DNA of 64,000 nucleotides from Candidatus Latescibacterota bacterium (GTDB lineage: Bacteria > Latescibacterota > UBA2968 > UBA8231): contig OZ242214.1 of assembly GCA_965206595.1 (NCBI GenBank), positions 2,656,001 to 2,720,000 of the forward strand. Direction: 5' to 3'. This document shows, one piece after another, positions 8,384 to 17,335 of this stretch. Positions within the stretch are counted from its first letter, which is position 1. Every line of letters starts with the position of its first letter. Position numbers and translations under genes: made by a program. The notes under the pieces are model-generated. The model was not told where the DNA came from and made no database searches. It saw only the letters and a program-made list of their open reading frames with translations.

Positions 8384-10611
8384 ACATCTCCGAGCAACGC
8401 ATCCAATCCACCTTCGAAAGCGTCCTGGCGCGGCTCCCCGGCCCCCTCGGCGAACGCCTCCGAAAAGCGACCGGGGGACGGTTCGGCATCGGCAGCAAGA
8501 TCGCCGTGGTCCTGGGCGGCGGCGTCACCCTGACCATCGGCGCCGTCGTTCTCGCGCTGGGGCTGATGAGAATCGTCAGCACCCGCCAGAGCGAGGTCAC
8601 CGAAGGGTACATGCCGGCCCTGGTCGCCGCCTTCGAGGTCGCCCGGAGCAGCTCCGAGTTGGTGCGGGCTTCCCCCCGGCTCCTCTCCGCCGACGATCCC
8701 GACGACCTCGGGTTGGTGATGTGGGACGTGGTGCGGGAGGAGGAGACTTTGCGGAAATGGCTTTCCGAAGTAAGGCGCGCCGAATCGAAGGGAGGTGCCG
8801 AGGGAGACATCGGAAGCGCGGTCGTGCCGCTGGCCGACAGCCTGGTGGAGAGCATCAGCCAGATCCAGGAGTCGGTCGGGCGCAGGATGCAGTACCGGGC
8901 CCTGCTCCGGAAGCTCGAAGGGCAGGTCGAGAGCCTCGGCCTCGAACTGCAGCTATTGCTCGAGGAGCTGGTCGACGATCAGCATTTCTTCATGCACACC
9001 GGGCTCCGCGGTCTCGACGATGCCCCGGCCTCCCCGGACCGGAGGACGTCGAGGGCCGAGCTCGATCACTACGCCGGCCTCCTCGACTTCCAGGCTTCGC
9101 AGAACGTCACCACCACCCTCATCCAGCAGGCGATGACGGAGAACGACCCGGAGCTGCTGCGGGCGAACCGGGAACGGGTGGAAACGGCCATGAGCGACGT
9201 GCGCCGGGCCCTGGGCGGGGTCAGGCCGGCGATCAGGTCCCTGCTGCAGCCGCAGGTGGAGAAGCTGACCGGCTTCTACGCCGCCCCGGACGGGGCCTTC
9301 GAAGCCCGCACCCGCGAGCTCGAGGAGATCCGCCGCTCCGAAGACCTCCTGGCCCGCAACCAGCAGACCACCGCCGACCTCGTGGCCATGGTGGAAGGGC
9401 TGGTGAAGGAGGCCGAGGTCTCCACCCAGAACGCCGCCAATCGCTCCCGCAACCTGGTGCGCCTCGGGTTCTGGTTTCTGCTCGGGGTCACCCTCCTCAC
9501 CCTCGTCGCCGCCTACTTCGTCTGGACGTTGTTCGGCAAGCGCCTGCTGGCCCGGTTGGGCAGGCTCTTCGACGCCACCCAACGGATGTCGAAGGGGGAT
9601 CTCGAAGTGCAGGTGGAGATCGAAGGGAACGACGAGGTGACCGACATGGCCGGGGCCCTGGAGGTCTTCCGGCAGCACGCCGTCGAGGTGCAGCGGCTCA
9701 ACCTCGTCGAGAAGCTGGCCGCGGAGGTCCAGGCCAAGAACGCCGCGCTCGAGACCACCAACTCCGAGCTGGAGACCACCCTGGAAGACCTCAAGCGCAC
9801 CCAGCAGCAGGTCATCAGCCAGGAAAAGCTCGCTTCCCTGGGGGCCCTCACCGCCGGCATCGCCCACGAGATCAGGAACCCCCTGAACTTCGTCAACAAC
9901 TTCGCCGGCCTTTCGTCCGACCTGATCGACGAGCTGAGGGAAGAGCTGAAGGGAGAGGGGGAGGGCGGCATGGACCAAGAGCTGATCGACGAGATCCTCG
10001 ACGACCTCGGCGGCAACGCGGGCAAGGTGAAGGAGCACGGGGAGCGGGCCAACCGCATCGTCGAGGGCATGCTGGCCCACTCCCGCAACGAGGCGGGACA
10101 GGTGGAATCAGTGGACATCAACCTGCTGGTCGACGAATACGCCAAGCTCGCCTACCACGGACTAAGGGGCACGGATTCGACCTTCAACGTCAACCTGGTC
10201 CAGGAGTACGACGAGGGCGCCGGGCGGGTCGAGGCGATCACCCGGGACCTGAGCCGGGTCTTCCTCAACGTGGTGACGAACGCCTGCCACGCCACTGCCG
10301 CCCGCGCCAGGGAGTCCGACGGCTCCTACAAGCCCAAGGTGTGGCTCAGGACCGAGGGCAGCGAGGACGGCGTTCGCGTTTCCATCCGCGACAACGGCAC
10401 CGGGATTCCCGACGAGATCGTCGACAGGATCTTCGACCCGTTCTTCACCACCAAGTCCGGCACCCAGGGGACCGGACTCGGACTTTCGATCTCCCACGAG
10501 ATCGTCCGCGAGCACGGGGGGGAGCTCCAGGTGGAGACCGAAGAGGGGGAATTCACCGAATTCAGGATAGTCCTGCCGAGGAAGAGCTTTTCCGCGGCTC
10601 CAGCTTCCTGA
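8380..10611 (+). CDS. Membrane sensor histidine kinase with large helical periplasmic domain and HAMP
   Basis: Two TM segments, HAMP (GNDEVTDM), H-box GIAHEIRNPLNF, N-box NVVTNACHA, G1 DNGTG, F-box FDPFFTTK, G2 GTGLGL; ATGA overlap with the upstream gene. Confidence 0.93.
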   Translation: MNISEQRIQSTFESVLARLPGPLGERLRKATGGRFGIGSKIAVVLGGGVTLTIGAVVLALGLMRIVSTRQSEVTEGYMPALVAAFEVARSSSELVRASPRLLSADDPDDLGLVMWDVVREEETLRKWLSEVRRAESKGGAEGDIGSAVVPLADSLVESISQIQESVGRRMQYRALLRKLEGQVESLGLELQLLLEELVDDQHFFMHTGLRGLDDAPASPDRRTSRAELDHYAGLLDFQASQNVTTTLIQQAMTENDPELLRANRERVETAMSDVRRALGGVRPAIRSLLQPQVEKLTGFYAAPDGAFEARTRELEEIRRSEDLLARNQQTTADLVAMVEGLVKEAEVSTQNAANRSRNLVRLGFWFLLGVTLLTLVAAYFVWTLFGKRLLARLGRLFDATQRMSKGDLEVQVEIEGNDEVTDMAGALEVFRQHAVEVQRLNLVEKLAAEVQAKNAALETTNSELETTLEDLKRTQQQVISQEKLASLGALTAGIAHEIRNPLNFVNNFAGLSSDLIDELREELKGEGEGGMDQELIDEILDDLGGNAGKVKEHGERANRIVEGMLAHSRNEAGQVESVDINLLVDEYAKLAYHGLRGTDSTFNVNLVQEYDEGAGRVEAITRDLSRVFLNVVTNACHATAARARESDGSYKPKVWLRTEGSEDGVRVSIRDNGTGIPDEIVDRIFDPFFTTKSGTQGTGLGLSISHEIVREHGGELQVETEEGEFTEFRIVLPRKSFSAAPAS

Positions 10612-10851
10612 CCCCCCGCCGTTGCCGAGGGGGGTGATTGGACCTCCCCGGACAACCCTCCCCCGAGGGGCGCGGCCCCGGTTTCGCTGCCTCCGGTCCC
10701 ACCTCGGACCGGGACCTGACTTTCATCGATCTACCCCAGCTGACCGGAACCGGTGTCGAAGCGGAAATTGCCACCGACCGTATCTGGCGAAAACAGCGTC
10801 GGACCATCTTTTCAGAACCGGAAAAACCAGACCTGGAACAGCGAGGACAGA

Positions 10852-11625
10852 ATGAAAAAACCATGCGCTGCGGGGATGGCCGCCGTACTGCTGTCCGTCT
10901 CGGCCTCTGCCCCCGCCCGCGCCGAGTTCCACCTGCAGTACGGCAAGCTGCTGAATCCATTCTCGGCCGCGGAGCAACCGACCCTTGTCTTCACCGTGCA
11001 GCAAGCGTCCGGGTGGAAATTCGGCGACAGCTTCTTCTTCATCGACTACCTCGACGACGGCGGAGAGGACGGCTTCAACGACCGGGAGTTCTACGCCGAG
11101 TGGTACCCGACCCTGAGCTTGGGCAAGCTGACCGGCAAGGAGTTCCGCTTCGGTCCGATCGGGGATTTTTCCCTGGTGGCCGGGTTCAACGCCAGCGGCG
11201 ACGGCAAAGTCGTGAAGTACCTGCCTGGTCTCAGGGCTTCCTGGAACCTGCCGGGGCTCCTGTTCCTGAATACGGACCTGACCGCCTATATAGACGACAA
11301 CACCGGCATCGACAGCGGAGGCCCCCCCGATACCGGCAACAGCTTCATGTGCGACGTCAGCTGGGCTTTCCCCTTCGAGGCCGGCAGCCAGTCGTTTGCC
11401 ATCGCCGGCCATGCCGAGTACGTCGGCGGCACCACTGACGAGCTTGGCGGCGACGTCAACGGGTGGATTCTCGCTCAGCCGCAGTTCACCTGGGATCTGG
11501 GCAAGGCCCTATTCGCAGCGCCCCACCGGCTCCTGGCCGGCATCGAGTATCAGTACTGGCTCAACAAGCTGGGAACGGACCAAGACGAGAGCACGGCGCA
11601 GCTGCTGCTGGTTTGGCGCCCTTGA
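10852..11625 (+). CDS. Tsx-like nucleoside-specific outer-membrane channel (DUF5020/Tsx family)
   Basis: Signal peptide; motifs GWKFGDSFFFID, FYAEWYP, QPQFTWDLG and GIEYQYWLNKLG; amphipathic C-terminal beta-strand. Confidence 0.8.
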   Translation: MKKPCAAGMAAVLLSVSASAPARAEFHLQYGKLLNPFSAAEQPTLVFTVQQASGWKFGDSFFFIDYLDDGGEDGFNDREFYAEWYPTLSLGKLTGKEFRFGPIGDFSLVAGFNASGDGKVVKYLPGLRASWNLPGLLFLNTDLTAYIDDNTGIDSGGPPDTGNSFMCDVSWAFPFEAGSQSFAIAGHAEYVGGTTDELGGDVNGWILAQPQFTWDLGKALFAAPHRLLAGIEYQYWLNKLGTDQDESTAQLLLVWRP

Positions 11626-11742
11626 AGGGCGTGTTATGGCGGGATCGGGGTTCGCAAAGCTTTCAGCATATCTTCGCCGGATCGTTCGTTCCAAACTTAA
11701 TTTTTTTCATTTTGGTTTTATCTTACAAGCTATTGGGAGACA

Positions 11743-13500
11743 ATGGGTTTGGATACAGTAAGAGCGAATGAAAACATCCGCTTCGAGCCCGACGAGCGCC
11801 CTCCCCACTCGGTCGCGGCCGGGGTCGGATTTCAGGCCGCGGTCGTCGTCCTGGCGCCGGTGGTGCTCAGTGCCGTCATAATTGCCCGGGCAGCCAACCA
11901 GCCGGCGAGCTACCTGACCTGGGTCGCCTTTGCGGCGCTGATGGTCAGCGGCGTGAGCACGGTGCTGCAAGCGGTCCGGATCGGGCGTATCGGGGCGGGG
12001 CACGTGCTCATCATGGGCACCTCCGGAGCCTTCATCGCGGTCTGCATCACGGCGCTGGTGAAGGGCGGACCCTCCCTGATGGCGAGCCTCATCGTCGTTT
12101 CGTCGCTGTTTCAGTTTCTCCTGGCGGCGCGGCTGTCGCTGGTGCGCCGGATCATCACCCCGGTCGTCTCCGGCACGGTGATCATGCTGATCGCCGTCAC
12201 CGTCATGCCGGTGGTCTTCGACCTCCTGGGGGACGTTCCGGATGGCACGCCTGCGGTTGCGGCACCGGCCGCGGCCGCGGCTACCCTCGCCGCCCTTCTG
12301 GTTCTGGCGCTGCGCGCCCCGGTGGCCTGGCGCCTTTGGGCACCGCTGGTCGCCATCGCGGTCGGCTGCGCCGTCTCCGCCCCCTTGGGGCTGTACGACG
12401 TTCAGCCTGTAGTCGAAGCCGCCTGGATCGGCTTTCCCGACTACGCCTGGCCGGGACTGGACCTGTCCCTCAGCGCCGAGTTCTGGGCGCTGCTGCCGGC
12501 GTTCGTGGTCGTCACCATGGTAGGGGCGATCGAGACCATCGGCGACGGCGTCGCCATTCAACGGATCTCGCGACGCCGGCCGCGGGCTACCGATTTCCGC
12601 CTCGTCCAGGGCGCCCTCAACGCCGACGGGGTGGGCAATCTGCTCTCCGGGCTCGTCGGCACGCCCCCCAATACGACCTACTCCACCAGCATATCCCTCG
12701 CCGAGCTGACCGGTGTCGCCGCACGCCGGGTCGGGGTGTACATCGGCGTCCTCTTCGTGCTGCTGGCCTTGTCGCCCAAGGTGACGGCCCTCATCATCGC
12801 CATTCCCAACCCGGTGGGGACCGCCTACGTAACCCTGCTGATAGGCATCCTCTTCGTGCAGGGAATGAAGATCGTCGTCGGGGACGGCCTCGATCACCGC
12901 AAGGCCGCGGTGGTGGGCCTGTCTTTCTGGATCGGCGTCGGCTTCCAGAACCAGGTGATCTTCGCCGACCTGCTCGGCGACACCTTGGGCACCTTGCTAG
13001 GCAACGGCATGACCGCCGGGGGGATCGTGGCGATCGCGCTTACCGCCTTCCTGGAGCTGACGGCGCCCCGCAGCCGGCGCCTGAAGGTCGAGCTGGCCGC
13101 CTCGGCGCTGCCGGAGATCGACGCCTTCCTGCGCGCCTTCGCCGCCAGGGCCGGCTGGAAGGAGCCGTCGGAGGGGCGGCTGCGCTCCGCGGGAGAGGAG
13201 ACACTGGCGGTCCTGCTGCAGCAGTTCGAAGGGGAAGGGGCGGAGCCCGAGGGGCGGAGCCTGATCGTCACCGCCCGCCTGGCCGAGAAGGGTGTGGAGC
13301 TGGATTTCCTCGCCGCCTCGAGTGCCGAGAACCTCGAGGACCGGCTCGCCTACCTCAGCGAGCAGCCCGAGCGGGTCGACGAGCACGAGATCTCCTACCG
13401 CCTGTTGCGGCATTACGCCGCTTCGGTGCGGCACCAGAAATACCACGACGTCGACATCGTCTCGGTCCTGGTCGAGGAGGCGCCCGAGTCCCGCCTGTGA
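11743..13500 (+). CDS. NCS2 (xanthine/uracil) permease fused to a C-terminal degenerate RsbW-like HATPase domain
   Basis: NCS2 motifs GTSGAFI, ITPVVSG, IETIGD, ADGVGN and PNTTYS..LTGVAAR. The roughly 140-aa tail (LPEIDAFL..AGEETL..LLRHYA..V) follows the RsbW pattern. Confidence 0.85.
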   Translation: MGLDTVRANENIRFEPDERPPHSVAAGVGFQAAVVVLAPVVLSAVIIARAANQPASYLTWVAFAALMVSGVSTVLQAVRIGRIGAGHVLIMGTSGAFIAVCITALVKGGPSLMASLIVVSSLFQFLLAARLSLVRRIITPVVSGTVIMLIAVTVMPVVFDLLGDVPDGTPAVAAPAAAAATLAALLVLALRAPVAWRLWAPLVAIAVGCAVSAPLGLYDVQPVVEAAWIGFPDYAWPGLDLSLSAEFWALLPAFVVVTMVGAIETIGDGVAIQRISRRRPRATDFRLVQGALNADGVGNLLSGLVGTPPNTTYSTSISLAELTGVAARRVGVYIGVLFVLLALSPKVTALIIAIPNPVGTAYVTLLIGILFVQGMKIVVGDGLDHRKAAVVGLSFWIGVGFQNQVIFADLLGDTLGTLLGNGMTAGGIVAIALTAFLELTAPRSRRLKVELAASALPEIDAFLRAFAARAGWKEPSEGRLRSAGEETLAVLLQQFEGEGAEPEGRSLIVTARLAEKGVELDFLAASSAENLEDRLAYLSEQPERVDEHEISYRLLRHYAASVRHQKYHDVDIVSVLVEEAPESRL

Positions 13501-13577
13501 CACTCACGTCGCGTAAAGAGATTCGACGCCGGAGCGGTCGGGGCTCGGTTCGGAAGCGCCCGGGCTCCTACCTTCAG

Positions 13578-15436
13578 CCTTTGTTATTCATTCAACCCGC
13601 GCATAAGCGGACATAGGCGCTTCCGAGACCCCTTCGCTTAGCCTCAGAGGCTTGCGTCCCTTCTATAGTCGGCTTTTTGGGTAGAGCCGTCTCCTTATCT
13701 CTACCGACCTTGTTGAAATTGTACGCGCCTTCTCGAAGACGCTTGCCTTTGCGAGCCCATCATCCCGACCGACCCGGCCTGCGCTTACGCCATCGCCGCG
13801 TCCACCGGTTTGAGCGTGGCCAGAAATCTCCACAGACGATCCCAGGCAGCCGCCGTCCCTTGGGTCAGGATGACGCCCACCCTGCGCCCATGCAAGGTGA
13901 CGCGGGACGGCAGGCGCAGGTAGCGCCGTCGAAAACTGTCCAGGCTCAGGGCCGTCGTCGAGCGTCCGTATGTGCGGGGCCGCCCGCGTCGGGCCTCGGC
14001 GCGTTCGGCGGCCTGGCGGCCCAGGTGAAGCAGGTTGTAGGCCAGCAGGTTCAAGGTCAGAAGCGCCTGGTTGGCAGCGAAGGCATCCCGGGACGGGGTG
14101 CGCTGACGCGGCTCTCGACCCCGGTAGTGTTGCTTGCGACGGGTGGTAGAGGAGAGCTGAGGCTGGAGGGTGGAGCTCAACTCGCCGAGCATGCGCTCGA
14201 AAAGGCCGCGCTGACGATAAAAGGCGACCAGGTCGCGGCCGCTCATCGTCTGGGGACTCTGGTCGGTGATCAGGAAGAAGTGGCGGGCGATGGGCAGCTC
14301 TTCCGTCTCGGAAGGGACCAGGACCAACACCACCCGCCGGGCTGCGCCCAGGACCTGGCTTGATAGCGCAGCTCGCGACAGCGAAAACCCTCTTCCCGCA
14401 GCTCTTCCGGGTGCTGCGCCAGCTCCTGCTGATAGCCTTCCACCCAGGCACGAGCCAGCTCCTCCAGGCGCGCATTCTTCTTGATGCGCGCCACGTACGA
14501 GGTGTCGGCCCGCGCTTCCAGCTCACTCAGGAAAGACCCGCTCACCGAGGCCGCGTCGAAGCGCAGGATGAGGCGCCGGGCCAGATGCGACTGAATCCAG
14601 TCCAAGCGCTTGCCGAGAGCCTCTGAGGCGCCCTCATGGGCGTGCACGTTGCCCGGCCGCAGCACGGCACCGAAGAAATCGCCCGTCTGCGCCGAGCCGA
14701 GGAGCAGGGGATGGTACCCCGAGGCGTGGAAGTAGCCGTTGTATTCGACCCCCGCCTGGTGCCCGTGCGCCGGCATCGGCAGGGCATCCATGTCGACGGC
14801 CAACTCCTCGTATTTCATCCGTCCTTCCAGCAGCCGGCAACGAGACCGGGCGCTGCGCAGGACGGCTTCCTCCAACACCTCGCGGTTATAGGCAGTCGAG
14901 GCTTGCTCGAGCAGGCGCGACAGCGTCGGCTGACTGGCCAGTCCCTGCGGCCGGTCTTCGTCGCCGCTGCGCAACGGCGCCTGCCCTTTGCGATCGCTGA
15001 CCGCCAGACGCAGGATCGGATCTTGGCGCAACGCGTCGGCGTCGGCGGCGTGGGTCCAGCCCTGTGCCAGCAGCACGATCTGTGTGCGCAGCAGCTCCGG
15101 CAGCGGGTGCGTGATCTGGTCTTGGGTACGGAGATCCTCGAAGTGGGCGTCGACCCAATCCAGAACCCGGCTGTGTTCGAGCAGTTGACGCAACATCAGC
15201 GCACCGGTGTCGCTGCCAAGGTGGGTGGGGCGGGCTTCGATGTGGATGGAGCGGTTGAAAGACGGCTGAATCGGCCCGGCTTGCTCGGACTCGGTGTGTG
15301 ACGGTAATTCACCCATTGGGTGTCCTACTGTGTGATGGGTTCAAAGGGCGATACTGCCTTGTGTTTCCCTCTGAAATCTAAGCATGGGAGGCACCCAGTA
15401 CAGCCCTCTCCACTAAAATTCCATGAATAACAAGGG
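13578..15436 (-). mobile_element. IS1380-family insertion sequence
   Basis: 14-bp IRs CCTTTGTTATTCAT and ATGAATAACAAGGG (1 mismatch); 5-bp target duplication TTCAG at 13573-13577 and 15437-15441. Confidence 0.92.
13785..15316 (-). pseudogene. IS1380 DDE transposase, frameshifted near 14340
   Basis: Motifs LGSDTG, LASQPTLSR, VDMDA, LRPGNVH, RFDAA and YRQRG.FE are split over ORFs 14270..15316 and 13785..14333. One extra C restores WAQPRRVV. Confidence 0.88.
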
Positions 15437-15498
15437 TTCAGACTGCCTGCCCCACTCCCACCATCTTTCGGCCAAAGCCGAAGGATCAGAACTGGAGG

Positions 15499-16644
15499 TC
15501 AAGCTCTGGTCCAGGGCTCCTTCAGGGACGGATGTTCAAGAACCAGCCGGACAGTTTCGTTTGTGTCGTTGTAGAACTTGCTGATCTGCTCTTCCGCATT
15601 CCGAGCACCCGCCAGAACTTCCACCAATGGACACCTTATGTGAAATGGGTGCCACTGGTTTGGCTCCCGTACTTTTTCATCCCCGAGATGATCGTAAAAC
15701 GTCCAGCCGTCCGGGAAACTCACGGACTTCAGATACGCCACGAGCTTTCGGTAAGCGGGAACTGCTGGCGCGGGATGCAGATCCTCGTCGAGACTGAGAA
15801 CAACACAAGCGTCCGGGCCGCGGTTGCGGTCCACTGGTTCCGTGCAATGATCCGATCCATCCAGGAGAACACCGACGAACAGGCCGGGGTCCCAACCGGT
15901 ACCACCCGACTTGCCGCGTACCTGGAAACCCAGACGACCCCATTTGTCCACAACCTTTCTCTCGACAGTACATGGCCATTCCTGACCAGACACGGCCCAC
16001 ATCATCTTCTTCAGGTTTTCGTGGAAGTCGGCTACAAGGAAGTAGCCCTCGATAACTTTCTGTTCCAACCTGTCCATCGGTCCGAGTCCTCTCCTCTCAA
16101 GCAAGTGTCTGAAATCCTCGACTACGAAATGCACCACCGGATCGTGGCTGTCGGACTGCAGCCGCAACCACTTCTCCAGAAGTTCATGAATATGATGCCA
16201 ACACAGCTTCAGATCCGGCTTCTGCTGATGTTGTCCGGGATACGCGGTAATGAGAACAACCGGTGCTTCATTGAACGGCGGGGGCGCGTGGTTCCTGTAA
16301 TCGCCAAGCTGATCTTCTCGCAGCCAAGACCAAACCTTGTGTTCGAAGACAATCCCACGCTTTCCATCCGAGCAGGTCATGTCGGGACGGACGGGCCACA
16401 TGCCTTCCCCCCGCGGGAACGATGTCTGGGTCTCCCATCGCAGCGCCTCCCTGTCAAGAGCCGACATACTGAGGCCCTCCTCGCTGAGGTAGTCGAGGAA
16501 GCATTCGTCAAAACCGGTGTTCGACAATATCCAGCAGAATGCATTCGTGATGAAGTCCTCGATCTTGCCCGGAGCCAAAGAATCGAGCAGACCCGGAGCG
16601 AGACCGGTTTTCAGCCGGTAACTCGCTGAGGATGTGGTGGTCAT
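15499..16644 (-). CDS. PD-(D/E)XK nuclease superfamily protein
   Basis: EDFITNAF, RPDM, IVFEHKV and QLGDY pattern typical of PDDEXK_4-like nucleases; strong AGGAG RBS. Confidence 0.7.
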   Translation of the reverse strand: MTTTSSASYRLKTGLAPGLLDSLAPGKIEDFITNAFCWILSNTGFDECFLDYLSEEGLSMSALDREALRWETQTSFPRGEGMWPVRPDMTCSDGKRGIVFEHKVWSWLREDQLGDYRNHAPPPFNEAPVVLITAYPGQHQQKPDLKLCWHHIHELLEKWLRLQSDSHDPVVHFVVEDFRHLLERRGLGPMDRLEQKVIEGYFLVADFHENLKKMMWAVSGQEWPCTVERKVVDKWGRLGFQVRGKSGGTGWDPGLFVGVLLDGSDHCTEPVDRNRGPDACVVLSLDEDLHPAPAVPAYRKLVAYLKSVSFPDGWTFYDHLGDEKVREPNQWHPFHIRCPLVEVLAGARNAEEQISKFYNDTNETVRLVLEHPSLKEPWTRA

Positions 16645-16729
16645 GACTTCTCCTTTCTCCCTTTATTTACTCTCCGGTCTTGCAGTCAACTCCCACCTGA
16701 ATGGATATCGTGCGGTTCTTCCTCATTCT

Positions 16730-17335
16730 TCAGATACCGAACTCAAATGAATTACCCAACGCACAGAGCCGTTCGACAAAATAACGAGCACTAGGGCAAT
16801 TGAGGTGCTGAGCCGCCCGTCTGACGTCAAACCCTTGATCGCGAATGAATTTTCTGGAAAAAATGAGTCGGTTTCTCCCTGGCCCTCTGCCTTTTGCGTC
16901 CCGGAGCTCCTTCAGCCGGTCCCAAGGCATTCCAGTTGCGGTTTCCGGGTCAACCTCACAGAAGGTGCTGTCTCCCAACCACTGCCGCATGGCCTTGGTA
17001 TCGGCGAGAAACCAGGATTCCATCGCCTTCTTCGCAATCGCGACCAGATCAATGCCCTGGGAACCAATGATTTTCTTGCGCGCTTGCACACATCGCGCAC
17101 AGGTCTCGGGATCGAGGTCGGCAAGCACAACCACCTTTTCCGGACTTGCCGTGTTCCTGAGATTCTTGACGAAGGTCCCGATGTTTCGACTACACATATT
17201 GCCATTGCCAGCCGCATCAACCACTGGATCGAGCACTTCAAGGTTGCATTCTTCACGCAGCCATTTTCGAAACAGTTCGCTTTCGACCAGTCGTTTTTCT
17301 GATGCCCCCTCCACCACGAACCCCACGGTCACCAT
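16730..17335 (-). CDS. DUF4276/Toprim-like protein (ATPase partner)
   Basis: Motifs FVVEGASE, LADLD and MESWFLAD; overlaps the ATPase stop codon. Confidence 0.75.
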   Translation of the reverse strand: MVTVGFVVEGASEKRLVESELFRKWLREECNLEVLDPVVDAAGNGNMCSRNIGTFVKNLRNTASPEKVVVLADLDPETCARCVQARKKIIGSQGIDLVAIAKKAMESWFLADTKAMRQWLGDSTFCEVDPETATGMPWDRLKELRDAKGRGPGRNRLIFSRKFIRDQGFDVRRAAQHLNCPSARYFVERLCALGNSFEFGI

